Source: the human T2T-CHM13v2.0 reference genome, Homo sapiens
Assembly: GCF_009914755.1 (NCBI RefSeq)
Contig: NC_060933.1
Strand: one strand, 5' to 3'
Length of the DNA: 64,000 bases
Shown: piece after piece, positions 14,587 to 29,624 of the stretch
Layout: each line of letters opens with the position of its first letter
How positions within the stretch are numbered: the stretch's first letter is position 1
Made by a program: the position numbers and the translations under genes
The notes under the pieces: generated by a model
Databases searched by the model: none
What the model was told of the DNA's origin: nothing
What the model saw: the letters and a program-made list of their open reading frames with translations, nothing else

Positions 14587-15322
14587 CTGCACCATCCTAC
14601 ACAGTAGTCATGGGCCCCATGTAAGTGCTGAGCACATGAAACATGGAAAGTATGACTGAAGAACTGATTTTTAAATTTTACTTCAAAAAAAATGTTAAGG
14701 CTGGGCACAGTGGCTGATACCTGTAGTCCCAACACCTTTGGAGGCCGAGGTGGGCAGATCCCTTGAGCCCAGGAGTTTGAGACCAGCCTGAGCAACAGGG
14801 AGAAACCTCATCTCTACAAAAAAATACAAAAATTAGCCGGGTGTAGTTGTGCATGCCTGTAGTCCCAGCTGCTCAGGAGGCTGAGATGGGAGAATCACTT
14901 GACCTGGGAGAGCAAGGCTGCGGTGAGCCGTGATCGCGCCACTGCACTCCAGCCTGGGTGACAGAGTGAGATCCTTTCCCAAGAAAAGAAAAAAGTTAAA
15001 TATACCTGGAATAAGTTTCTCAATCATAAATTTTATAAAATGTAAATACAGATAAAATACATCTGATGAAAATTTAGCCTTTGGATTGAAATTTGCTTTA
15101 AGTGTAAGACACAATTATGAAAAACAAAGAAAGGGAAACAGGTATCGGTTTTTAATATTGTTTATGAGTTGGATTAATAATATTTTGGATATGTGGGATT
15201 AAATAAAATATATTATTGAAATTCCTTAAAATTCACCTATTTTAATTTTTTTAAAAAATGGCTCCTAGAAAAATTTAAATTACATAGATGGATTATATTC
15301 TATTTTCAACTGGACAACATTG
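14587..15322. mobile_element. hAT-Charlie non-autonomous element (MER33-like), interrupted by an Alu
   Basis: MER33/Charlie-like ends (c..gcaccatcc...ggacaacattg) and internal gctcctagaaaaatttaaattacat. Confidence 0.65.
14699..14995 (+). mobile_element. AluJ
   Basis: Full Alu with J-type ttgagcccaggagtttgagaccagcctg. Confidence 0.92.
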
Positions 15323-18300
15323 ATCTACATTGTAGATAGAAATTAAAATTCACCAGTCTTTGCAGTTTATAAAATCTGTGGCCAATTATCATTACATGTA
15401 TTTTTGAGCATATCTATTAAAACTGACTAAAGATCAGAATTTCATAATAGTCACAGCTGATCTAATCACACAGGGCAAAGATTTCTCCTTAACTTGTGGG
15501 ACCATTTCAATTGCTAGTAAAGTGTTCAGAGCCCCATATTAGGTTAGTTTTTTGTTTTTTAGTAAAAACCTGAGTTTATAATATCCAAGCATCTTTGCAG
15601 GGTCACAGTGTACAGTATGAAAGGTTATTTATGACACAGGACTGCTGACTAAAAGACCCAGCTTGTAGTATGCTCATGAAACCTTGGCCCTGGCAAAAAC
15701 CTGCATTTGTCTGGTGTAAGGAGCTTCTCTCCAAATTGGCAGAAAGACAGCATACAGGCTAGCTAACTCTGCATGTTTTCATCAACATGCAATATCGCAA
15801 CATGCAATATTATAAAAAACATTCTCAGATGATTTCTTTCTGCCCAAATCATCCAGGTGGAGTGTATTACTGTAAGTAATATGCAGTGAAAATTCTGGGG
15901 CCACCTTACATTTGCCAAAGGTTTTACTATTCCCCCAACTATCACATACATTTTATCAATGTTCTCATAGTAATACAAGGAGATGTTAAGCAGGTATTAT
16001 CCTCATTTTACAGCCAAGAAACTGGAATTAAAATGTCTCTTTGGATTGGTATAGAATTCAGAATAATCACATTTGCCCTTTGCAAATAAAATTATAGCTC
16101 CTATAGCTTGTGAAGCAGTCTCATAGACATAAACATTGCAACTAAAATTGAATATAACATTTATAGGCTAAGAACAGACCCAACCATATGTCTCATTGAG
16201 TTTTGGTTTCCAATAAAAGCATATAATCATATTTTATTATTTAATTTATGTGTTTTAAGAGACCCAAAGAGTATATATACTATCTCCCAAAATTTAACAT
16301 ATTTTTATAATTATTACTTCTATACAACTTATCTACATGAATCCATGAATAAAAGTGTTCTCCCTTGAAAATGTTCCTGAAAATAACAGCTACCTTTAAG
16401 AAACAACTTTGCATTATAGTCAATTAAAACCTATTTATTTTTAACATTGTTAAAAATAAACAATGTTTTCATGCTATATATTTTATTTAAAGATAAGGGA
16501 AACAACTTGGCTGGTGCTTTTATGAATCTAGAGGGCTCTGAAGAGAATATCTTTAGGATAATTCCTTAATATCCCTTTTGGAAGAGTATTAGTAGTTTCT
16601 TATTCAATGTAGATTTCTTAAGTAGCTGACATTTATTTTATTTCCTACCACCTGATCTTGGTACCTTAAAATCTGTTTTTTATTTGTTTTACATTTATTC
16701 ATGTTCTAATGGCTCCTAGTGATTTTCAATTAGAATTTTCTTAAGGAATGAGTTTTAAGATCTTTCTCCCTATACAATGAGTATTGTTGGTACCTATATA
16801 TTTAAAAAAAATAAAATCTGTATTTTCTAAACATTGATGACTCATTGATTATACTCTTAATAGTTACTAATTTTAAACCACTGAATTGGAAGCTTATAGT
16901 TACTTGAATGCGGTAAATGGCAAGTATATTTAATTATATCAAATATTATGCCTCTTTTGGGTTTTTTATAGATATATTTGTACACTGAAATTCACACCTG
17001 GCCTACATCACATAGATTTTGAAGAATGTTTTACCTTTATAACAAAAGTTGGTCTCCCAAATCTATACTCCTAAGCGAAGTTTCCTTTCGGGGTGTCAAA
17101 TCACACCACAGCTGCCAGGTTTTCAATATAATGTAACCACTAATATTTTATGTTTATTTCATTCTCATGTTTATCAAACCCTCGTGGTCATCAAAAGAGA
17201 TTATTCAGGCGTATACTTCATCCACATTGATTTGAAGGGGAATTTTAATAAAACATGACAAAATGGAAATTTATTTTAAATGTAAAAATGTGAATTCACA
17301 CACAACTATCACACACACTACTCATTCGGTAAATCATATAATGGACATTGTCATTTTGACATGTAGAACATTTCTCTTCCTCCATCACCTTTGAATTAAT
17401 CGGATTGTAAGGGCGGGTAAAGGAAAAAGGGGTGGAATTTGGAATTCCCAATGGCTCCCATTGCTATTTATATCATTGAACCATTTTGAAGTCAGGTAGA
17501 TGTTAACCTAATAAGGGAAGCCCCACTGGCTTTCTGTCTCCTCCAGACAATACAATGGCATAATTGTGTCTGTGCTTCTCTTTTCAATTGTTCTACTGTA
17601 ACACAGATTGAGAACTAACCACAGATTCTAATTAACTCAAATTAGACTAATGAGAGAGATGATAAGTACTACAACATGAAGATTAAGAAATTAAACCTAA
17701 TTTGAAACCTCAAAGATGTTGGGTACAAAGGAAATAAATGTTAAAAGGACAAATTGGGCCACAGCTTCATAAATGTTGAAAGCAAGACTAACCAATCAAT
17801 GGCTGTAGCCCATCTGAATAAATGTTCCTGACTTTCTAGAAGGAAGAATTTCAGCACCTACAGAAGAGCAGCCCAAGTTTCATAATGACATTAAGACTTT
17901 TCTTACATTTAATTCTCTATTTATCATTAGCTTGGAGATGGGAGGAGTAGAGGTGGCAGGAATAGAAAAATAACTTATTGATATAAAAATCTGTGCTCAG
18001 CAAGTTTTTTCCAAGTATAGAAAATTTAGAAAAAACTAAAGTATTACAATATATTTTAAAAGACATTATGTAAAAGTATAATGAGAACTTTTAATTTTAT
18101 TGTTTGAGGAAACCTTTAATTATAAATGTGCATTAAGGAAATTTCTTATTTGAAATGTTCACACTTTCTATTTTCCCATGATTTACAACTCATTAAAATG
18201 TATTTCTTTTACAATGAGTGCTCAACTTTTATACTGCTGCTTCTAATGTTCACTCATTTCTCTGAATTTTCAATTATTTACTATGAAAATAAACTGGTAG

Positions 18301-19363
18301 AGAAGAGGTAATCTTACTTAGTGTTACAGAATTCTATAGCAGTCTTGTTTGAAATCCACTTTATATATAAGTTTATTTGTAAGTATATGTTTGTATTTTG
18401 AATCCTTGTGGTTCTACAAAGGATATAAGGCAGCCAAACTTAAATACAAATTAAGTATTATATAAAATATAGAGCAATATTATCAGAATTAAAAATAAAG
18501 GCCACATAAGGGAAGAAAACGAAAATGAAAGCTGTTTGGATGATATTAGGGGACACATAATTGAACATCAAATGTAACACAGAATTTTCTGGAAGCCAAA
18601 GTAAAAAAGGAGATAAGGTAGGCTACATGACTCAAGATTTATAAAAGTGGAATCTCATTAATTCCTCAATGCTTTCAAGAAATATTTGAAGTCTTTCAAA
18701 TAGGAACTCATATGTAGGACACTAATCATTTCTTCAACACCTGCAGTTCATAGTAGATGTTCGGCACATTTGTAAGAAAAATTTGGATTGATATTCCCAA
18801 TAATACTAAAAAGATAATTTTGGTAAAGTGCATTTAGGCAGTTTTTCCATTCACCATTTTTAGGCTCTTTCAGTTGATTTTCTAGTACCCTCGCTTCTCT
18901 CCCTCTTTCCCCACATTAGAAGTAGCTATAAGCTCTATTTTCTCTCTCTCTAACATACCAGGTGGGATGTTACAGGAAAGCCAGTTTCTGACAAAATCCA
19001 GCATACGACAGATTTATTGTCAAGTAGGTACAAAAACATTCAAATAATCAGTTCTTTAAAGTAAGTGAAATTCCATCTCTCTGCCCTTCAAGCACTGACC
19101 AGTACTTTGCACAAAATATTCTCTGGAAGCCAAGTGACAATAGTCTTGAGGAAAAATTTGCTAGTCATCTAGGTGTAATTAGGTGAATCCTTTATTACAA
19201 CAGTGGCCCACAGACAAGAACAGGAGTCCTAAGACTAGGACACAGCTTTTAAGGATGTTAGGACCCTGGCTCCTCAGGTTCTCAAAATGGAAAAATGTGT
19301 TTCAAAGAGCTCTTCTGTTCAAATGCAGATGGAGGTAGTGATATTGGAGTCATTGTGATGTGA

Positions 19364-19726
<363 letters not shown>

Positions 19727-19840
19727 ACGATCTTTCAAATGCTCTAACCATTCCTGGAGAGTAGATCTCTAATTATAATATTTCGAATGTTAACAATTCA
19801 CTCTAGCAAGTAGAGTACAGTTAACTTATTCACTCATCTA

Positions 19841-20806
19841 TGGCATATTTTGTTTTATTGCACTTCACTTCATTGTATGTCACAGATACTGCATTTTTTA
19901 CAAATTGAAGGTTTGTGACAACTTCGCCTCAAGCAAGTCTATGGGCACCACTTTTCGAACAGCATGTGCTCACTTCATGTCTCCATGTCACATTTTGGTA
20001 ATTCTTGCAATATTTCAAACTTTTTTATTATTTCATAGCTGTTATGAAGATCTGTGATCAGTGATCTTTGATGTTTCTACTGTAATTATTTTGGAGTGCT
20101 ATGAGCCATGCCAGTGTAACTGGGTGAACTTAATTGATAAATGTTGTGTGTGTTCTGCTCCACCAAATAGCCATTCCCCCATCTCTCTCCTTCTCCTCAA
20201 GCTTCCCTATTCTCTGAGACACGACAATATTGAAATTAGGTCAATGTATAAACCTACAGTGGGCTTTAAGTGTTCAAGTGAAACTAAGTGTTGCACATTT
20301 CTCACTTTAAATGAGAAGCTAGAATGATTAAGCTTAGTGAGGAAGGTGTGTCAGAAGTCAAGATAGGCCAACGGCTAGGCCTCTTGGGCCAAACAGTTAG
20401 CCAAGCTGTGAATGCAAAGAAAATGTCCTTGAAGGAAATTGAAAGTGCTACTCCAGTGAACACATGAATGATAAGAAAGCAAACAGCCTATTGCTGATAT
20501 GGAGAAAGTTTTAGTGTTTTGGAAAGAAGATCAAACTGGCCACAATGTTCCCTTAAACCAAAGCCCAATGCAGAGAAAAGTCCTAACTTTTTTCATTGAA
20601 AAGAGTTGTTTTTTTTTTTAAGTAATAAAGCATTTTTAATTAAGGTATGTATAATTCTTTGGTAGACATAATGCTAGCCCACACTTAATAGACTACCGTA
20701 AAGGGTAAACATAACTTTTATATGCACTAGAAAATAAAAAATTTGCGTGACTCACTTTATTGTGGTGATCTGGAACCAAACCCACAGTATCTCCAGGGTA
20801 TGCCTG
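19841..20806 (+). mobile_element. Tigger1 DNA transposon, internally deleted
   Basis: TIR-like ends (tggcatattt...ggtatgcctg) with TA flanks; decayed transposase start [15 protein letters not shown]; internal deletion near 20600. Confidence 0.9.
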
Positions 20807-23800
20807 TATCATACAATCTATGATGAAGTATTTAAAATGAATTGCAGGTAACGTAACAGGAGTTATTATAATCTACCCATAAGAAAACATTAAGTTTTAT
20901 TGAGATGTCTACATCAAATCTTTCCCTCAAATGTCTACTAATAAACGCATCATTCTTCATTAATTCCACAACATATTTAATGTATAATAATAAATGCAAA
21001 CATTCTTCTTTTTAGTACTTCATTATGCATAGTATTTTGTGTTTCAAATTATATCCCATACATCATTTAATTTAGTGACTGAAACACTGTAAATTGGAAT
21101 ACAATTGTGACCAGTACCTATGACATACAAGAGAAGACAGAAGGACTCACTCTGGTAAAGTGAAGTGTCCAGAGCCACACAGCAAATCTTGATAGACCTG
21201 GCATGATCTATTGAGACAGACCATGGTTTTCCAATGAGTAATCTTTCTTAGTGATCTTTCGTAAAGTTTTTTCAACTGTTTTTCCAGGAAAGACTACAAG
21301 AGGAAAGCATTGACATTCTTTTATATGTTTCACTTCCTCTCATTATTCAATAAAATGACTTTAAAAAGTACTCTGGCTGGGTAGAATTTCTTTAATGCTT
21401 CCTGAAAAAAAAATTCTTCGGGATGAAATTTAACTATAAATCGAGCACCATTTTTATTTGGCAAAAAATGTGAAGCCTGTGCTTCATAAAACTCAAAACC
21501 TTCACCATATAATAAGCCTTATTTAAAATATGAGTGGGAAATCTTGTCCATTTTTGTTATCTGGGAGATAATTAGGTTGAAATTATCTGTTTATAATTTA
21601 TCTCTTCTCTACCTTCAATGCTTTCTTTGAAACAGAATTAGCTCCTCCTAGGAAAATACTCTTGATTCATGAAAACACACTAAGTCATATGGAATGAGTT
21701 TTTGTCTCATTTGTGCCAGTTATTTGCTAATTGACTGCCTCATTCTTATAACTGCCTTAAACCTAGACTGAATCTGAAAAGAGGCAGTCATATGAATTAG
21801 AATGTTTTAGGGTTCATGGGAGTACTAAATAGGGGCACAATATGTTAGGGTCTTGTATTTGTTTTCCTGGCAAAGTCTTATTTCTTCAGATTCCAACTCA
21901 GCATCACCTCCTCTGAGCATCTATCTTACCCACTTTACTGGGTACACTCTTCTCTGCTTTTTGCTTATATCTGTAATAGCATTTTGTGCAGAATTTACCC
22001 AATTCTTTGCTTCTCTTGTAAGACTAGCAGTCCATAGAGAGTAAGAACATGTTATAGTCTGTAGTTCCACTCCAAGTGCAGTGCTAGATACAGAGCAGAT
22101 TCTCAAAGAAGTTTGTTAAATGAATGAATGGATAACAAATGAATGAAATCCAATGGAATGTGGGAAATATTTACCCATCTATCTTTCAGGATTGTTGTGA
22201 AGCTCAAAACTGATAATGTGTGATAAGTTAAATTAAACCTTGTAAACCGAAGTGCCATGGACAGGTTCCCTTAACTTGCATAACTTTAGTAAAAGGCTGG
22301 GGATTTGAAATAAACCAAACTAAAACCCAACCATACTCAGTTTGTAAATGCTGACCTTGTGCAGACTGAATGTTACAGCCCTTGAGTGAAGTCGTCTACC
22401 CCAGCAATTCATCCTCCTTGGCATGGCCCTTGCTGAGGTTAATAGGAACTGTGGATATCTCAGACTGCCAAAACATAAGGAGATATGACAGGAAACCAAA
22501 CGGGAAACTGCTGGCTGCCTTGGGCTCACTGAGATCTGTGTCTAACAAGGCAGACTTGTCGCTGGGCTCTTTGGAGGTGAAATGAAGCGATGGACTAATG
22601 CTGGGCACGGGAGGCGCCAGGTCCTGACAGGCTAAGGTGTGACCTGCTGAATCCTAACCATCCCAGACATCTTTGGAAGAACAGTGAGCTGGGCGATGGC
22701 CAGGGGCAGGCAAGGTTGCAGGGGAAGGAGGTGTATGCAGAGCCCACAGAGAGTAGAAAAAGAAAGGGCAAGTGAGATTACTGGTCATCTGGTGTCTTAG
22801 ATCACACGCAAAACAAACGTCAAGCACAACAGCAAACACAACCTTTGAGCATTACTGTCTCCAAAGAGTATTTACCAAGTGCTGTCTGGCTTGATCTCCC
22901 AGACTTGGTTAAATATGCATTCTGTTAATGTTGTGTTTCTGACTTTCTTTCCTTTCCTTTTTTGTTATTGTTATTATTTCTATTTTTAAAAATGTAAGAC
23001 TTTACTTGCTTTGACACTGAGGAAGGGAAGGTGTAAGAGTGAGAAGAGAGGGGAAAATTCCACAAAGCATTTTTTAAAAAGCTTTTCCAATAGAAATATA
23101 AAATGTAATTAGGTATGTATAATTATATTCTTAAATATAATTTATTATTAAGCATATTATTAAATATAATATATAGATGATTCTTTATATTATTAAATAT
23201 AACATATACATATAATTCTACAAGTTATTCTTCATTTTAAAATACTAATATTTAGAAGTGAACTAAAAATTCATTTAACTTGTCATTTTTATAAGCTACC
23301 TTTCTTAGAAAAAATATCAGTAGTAACATTAAAATACATTTTACTTGATGACTGAAGGCATACAAATGCATGAAAACATTTAAATATTTTTTATATTAAG
23401 TATAATTGAAAAATGAGAATGTATAAACGAGGTGAACATTTTTATATACCTGCATTGTGGCAATTTCATCACTTTTTTTACAGTTCTTTGTTTACGTGAA
23501 TATTGTTCCAAATGAATCCAAGATCTAGGGAAATACAAACGATATCTTGCTCATCCTCGAATTTTCAACATCTAGCAAAATTTGGGGGAATAATAGGTTC
23601 TTAATTAAGGATATACAATAAATTTTAACATCATAGCAAAATTGAGTGGAAAGTGTAGAGAACTCCCATACACCCTCTTTCTCCACAGAGGCACAACTGC
23701 CAGCTATTTGACTTCCCACACCAGAAGGGTGCATTGGTTACAATTGATGAACCTGCACTGACACATCATTATCACCCCAAGTCCGTAGTTCACACTAGGG

Positions 23801-26019
23801 TTCGCTCTTGGTGTTCTGCATTCTGCGGGTTTGGGCAAATGTATAATGACATGGCTCCATCATTGCACTATCATACAGAACAGTTTCACTGCCCTAAAAG
23901 TCCTCTGTGCTGTGACTATTCTTCTCTCCTCCTGCAAACCCTGGCAACCACTAATCATTTTACCGCAAAATTTAGCCTTTTCCAGACTTCCCTGTAGTTG
24001 TAGTCATACAGTATGTAGCGTTTTCAGACTGATATTTTTCACTTAATGATATGCATTTAAGCTTTCTCTATGTCTTTTTATGGCTTGATAACTCATTTCT
24101 TTTCAGCACTGAGTAATATTCCATTGTCCGAATGTACCACATGTACTATTTACCTACCAAAGAACATCTTGGTTGCTTCCAGGTGTTGGCAATTATAAGT
24201 AAATCTGCTGTAAACATCCATATGCAGATTTTTGTGTGAACTTGTTTTCAATTCTTTTGGGTAAATACCAAGGAGTGTGATTACTGGATCGTATGGTAAA
24301 AGTATGTTTTATAAGCAATTGCTAAACTATCTTCCAAAGTGTCGGTACCATGTCGCATTCCCACTAGCAATAAACAAGAGCCCTTCTTCTTCCACACCTT
24401 TGCCAGCATTTGGTATTATCAGTGTTTTGAATTTTGGACATTCTAATAGGTATGTCGTTGTATCTCATTGTTGTTTTAATTCTCAATTTCCTACTGACAT
24501 AGAATGTTGAACACTTTTTCCTCTGTTTATTACCATCTGTAAATTTTATTTGGTGAGTTGTCTGTTCAGGACTTCTGTCCAGATTTTAATCAACTTGTCT
24601 GTTGTCTTATTGTTGAGTTTTAAAAGTTTTTTGGTATATTTTGGATAATAATCCTTCATCAGATGTATCTTTTGCAAATATTTTCTTCAGTCTGTGGCTT
24701 GCCATTTCATTGTTAAAAACATTTTCTTTTGCAGACCAGAAGTTTTTAATTTTAATAAAGTTCAGCTTATTATTTATTTATTTCATGGGTCATGCCTTTA
24801 AGGGTGTATCTAAAAAGTCAGTGTTATACCCAAGATCATCTAGGTTTTCTCCTATGTTACCTTCTAGGAGTTTTACAGTTTTGCCTTCTTACATTTAGAT
24901 CTGTGGTCCACATTGAGCTATTTTTTTGTGAAGGCTGTAAGGCATATACCTAGACTTATTTTTTGGCATGCGGACTTCCATTTGTCCCAGCACTGTTTGT
25001 TGAAAAGACTATCTTTGCTTCCTTGTATTGCCTTTGTTCCTTTGTCAAGGATTAGTTGACTCTATGTATGTGGGTCTATTTCTGGGCTCTCTATTGTGTT
25101 CCATTAATGTATTTATCTATCGTTTTGCCAGTGCCATACTGTCTTGATTACTGAAGCTTTACTGTAGTCTTGAAGTCTAGTAGTGCAGGCCTTCCCATTT
25201 TGTTTCTCTTCTTCAACATAAAATTGGCTCTTCTGGGTCTTCTGCCCCTCCATGTAAACATTAGAAACAGTTTGTCAAAATCCACAAGATAACTTGCTGG
25301 AATTTTGTTTGTAATTTTATTCACTCTATAAATCAATTTGTGAGAATTTATATCTTGATAATATTGAGTCTTTCTAGCTATAAAAGTGAAATATCTCTGA
25401 ATTTGTTTAATTCTTTTTGTTATCTTTCATAAGTGTTGTGCAGTTTTCCTCATATAGATCTTGTACATATTTTGTTTACATTTAAAGTATTCCATTTTTT
25501 ATGGAGTGCTAATGTAAATGCTAACAAGTTTTTAGTTTGAAATTCCACTTGTTCATCGCTAGTATATAAGAATGCAATTGACTTTTGCATATTAACCTCA
25601 TATCCTGCAACCTTGCTATAATCACTAGTTCTAAAATTTGTTTTTGATTATTATAATGTCTTTTTCTGGTTTTGATACTGAGACAATGCTGGCCTCATTA
25701 AATGAGGTATGAAGTATTCTCTCTGCTTCTAGCTTCTGGAAGAGATGTAGAAAATTGATACAATTTCTTCCTTAAATGTTTGACAGAATTCACTGGGGAA
25801 CCAACTTAGGGTGTTGTGTTTTAGAAGGTTATTAATTATTGATTCAATTTCTTTATTACATATAAGCCTATTCATATTGTCTATTTATTCTTGTGTACAT
25901 TTTGGCACATTGTGTCTTTCAAGAAATTGGTAGAATTTTGGGGTATAGAGCTGTTCATAATATTCCTTTATTTTCTTTAATGTTCATAGGTTCTACATTG
26001 ATGTCCCATCTTTAATTTT

Positions 26020-26317
26020 AATTTTATATATTTACTTATTTGTTTGTTTTTTTGAGACAGTAACTCACTCTGTTACCCAGGCTGGAGCGCAGTGGCACAA
26101 TCATGTCTCACTGCAGCCTCAACCTCCTGGGCTCAATCCTCCTGCCTCAGCCTCCTCAGTAGCTGGGACCACAGGCATAGACCACCATCCTTGATTATTT
26201 AAAAATATATATTTGTAGAGATGGGGTCTTGCTATGTTGCCCAGGCTAGTTTTGAACTCTTGGGCTCAAGTGATCCTCCCACCTCAGCCTCCCAAAGTTC
26301 TGGGATTACAGATATGA
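26020..26317 (-). mobile_element. AluJ, slightly 5'-truncated, 17-bp TSD
   Basis: TSD GTCCCATCTTTAATTTT at 26003-26019 and 26318-26334. Confidence 0.92.
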
Positions 26318-28046
26318 GTCCCATCTTTAATTTTTCATGTAAGTAATGTCTGTCTTTTTTTTTTTTTTTTAGCTAGCCTGGCAAGAACCAATTTTTGGTT
26401 TTATTGATTTTCTCCATTGATTTCATGTTTTCAATTTCATTACTTTTTTCTCTAATTTGTTTTTTTTTCTTCTGCTACTTTGGGTTTAATTTGTTTTTCT
26501 AGTTTTCTAAGGTGAAACTTTAGATGATCAATTTTAGATCTTTCTTTTTTTCTAATATATGCATTCAATCTATGTATCTTTCTCTAAGCACTGCTTAAAT
26601 GCTTTTCACATATTTTGATAAGTTGAATTTTCAATTTGTTTTAGTTCAAATATTGTTAAATTACTCGGGATTTATTTTTGGACACGTGTTATTTTGAAAG
26701 GTATGGCTTAATCTTTAAGTATTTTGGAACTTTCTAGCTATTGTGTAGACATGTTTTCAGTTCATTTAGGTAAAAAGGAGTGGGAGTTTTATTAAACTTG
26801 TTCAGTTATGTTTTATGGTCAAAAATGTGGCCTATCATGGTGAATGTTCCATGTTAGCTTGAGAATAATATGTATTCTGCTATTGTTAGATGTAGTCTTT
26901 AGATGTCAATTTTATTCAGTTGATTGACGGTGCTGTTGAATTCAATTATATCCTCACTGATTTTCTGCCTGCTAAATCTATCCGACTTATAGCTCTGACA
27001 GATGGGTGTTAAAGTCTCCAAACATATTAGTTGATTCATCTATTTCTCAATAAAGTTGTATTAGCTTTTGCCTCATATATTTTGACACTTGGCTGTTAGG
27101 TACATACGCATTAACAATCATTATGTGCTCTTGGAGTTTTGATTCCTTTACCATTATATAATGCCTCTCTTTACCTCTGATAACTTTTTTGCTCTAAAAT
27201 GTGATCTGTCTGAAAATAATGTAGCCACTCCCACTTTCTTTTGATTACTGTTAGCATGATATATTTTTCTCCATTAATATTTACTTTACTTTTAATCTAT
27301 ATTTGTCTTTACATTTAAAGTAGTTTTTTTTTGTAGATAATATATATTTAGGTCTTGTTTTTTTTTATTCATTCAGACAATCTCTGTTTTTTAACTGGTA
27401 TATTTAGATGATTGACATTTAAAGTGATATAGTTGAATTAGTATCTACTATATTTTTTACTGTATTCTGTTACCGTTGTTTTCTGTTTCTATTTTGGTCT
27501 TCCACACCTTTTCCACCTTTTGTGGTTTTAGTTAAATCTTTTATATGATTTCGTTTCTCTCCTTTCTTATCATATTAATTATACTTTTTTTAACCTTTTT
27601 TAGTGGTTGCTATACATTTACAACCAATCTAAATCTATTTTCAAATAACACTGTACTGCTTCATGGGTAGTGCAAATATTTTATAATAATGAAATATTCC
27701 TAATTCCTTACTCCTGTACCTTGTATAATTACTGTCATTCATTTCATTTATACATAAGAACATATATATACACACACACATACATTTATATGCATATATA
27801 ATCAAATATATTGCTGCCGTTATTATTTTCAGCAAACTGTTAACTATTTGATCAATTAATAATAGAAAATTTTTTGCTTTCAATTATGCTCTGATGTTCT
27901 TCATTTTTTATGAATATCTGAGTTTTTGACCTATATTGTTTTCCTTCTCTCAGAAGAACTTCTCTTAAATTTCTTATAAGACAGGTCTACTGGCAACAAG
28001 TTTCCTCAATTTTTTTTTGTATGAGAAACTTTTTATTTCTCCTTCC

Positions 28047-28347
28047 TTTTTTTTTTTTTTTTTTGACAGAGTTTCATTCTTGTAGCCCAGGCTGGAGTGC
28101 AATGGCGTGATCTTGGCTCACTGCAACCTCTGCCTCCCGGTTTCAAGCGATTCTCCTGCCTTAGCCTCCTGAATAGCTGGGATTACAAACCCCCACCACC
28201 ACGCCCGTCTAATTTTTTTGTAGTTTTAGTAGAGACTGGGTTTCACCATGTTGGCCAGGCTAGTCTTGAACTCCTGACCTCAGGTGATCTGCCCACCTCA
28301 GCCTCCCAAAGTGCTGGGATTATGGGGGTGGGCCACCGTGCCTGGCC
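28047..28347 (-). mobile_element. AluS (Sp/Sq-like)
   Basis: Full Alu with TCTCCTTC flanks. Confidence 0.93.
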
Positions 28348-29209
28348 TCTCCTTCACTTTTGAAGGATTATTTATTTACCTTTCAAGGGTATATATTAAT
28401 TATTTACCCTTCAAGGGTATATGTTAATTATATATGCTTCACTTTTGAAGGGTATATAATTCTAAGTTGGTGGATTTATTTTCTCTCAACACTTTGAATA
28501 TTTTACTCCATTTTCTTCTTGCTTGCATGGTTCATTCAATCATGATTTGTTGAGGTCTGATTGTGGCAGGTAATCTAATAGAAGCCCTGTCCCTACACCC
28601 AGAGAGAAGGAATCCCTGCATTAGTAAGTCAAGGGGCAAGTTGTCCTTGGGACTAAGGAAAATGTTTTTCCCTCCTAGACCACGATCTGGGTAGCAGAAG
28701 CCTGAATTCCCTGTCCAAATAGCTCTGAGCCCCTTTCCAGTGCTTAAAGAGTTGACTTAGTCAAATGTAATTCTCTTTGTTCCTCTATAGGTAAGGTGTT
28801 CTTTCCATCTGGCTTCTTTCAAGATTTTTCCCTTGCCTTTGATTTTGTTGTTTGAATATGGTATATCTAGGTGTAGGGTTTTGGGAATTTATTCTGCTCG
28901 TTATTCCCCGAGTTTCCTAGATCTTTGGTTTGGTTTGGTGTCTGAGATTAATTTGGGGAAATTTTCAGTCATTATTGTTTCAAATATTTTTTCTTCTTTC
29001 AGTTTTTTTCCATTATGTATATGTTATACCTTCTGAACTGTCCCACAGTTCTTCGATATTCTGTTCTGTGTTTTTCAATCTTTCTTCTGTTTGCTTTTCA
29101 GTTTGGAAGTTTCTATTGTTATATCCAGAAGCTCAGTGATTCTTTCTTCAGCTGTGTCCAATCTACTAATAAGCCCATCAAAGGAATTCATTTGTTTCAT
29201 TGTTCTTGA

Positions 29210-29597
<388 letters not shown>

Positions 29598-29624
29598 GGT
29601 TGTACATTGTTTCTATTAAGTCTC

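Noticed and set aside
20061-20327. Tigger transposase-like ORF as a domesticated TIGD gene
   Set aside because: Stops early, and the element has a large internal deletion.
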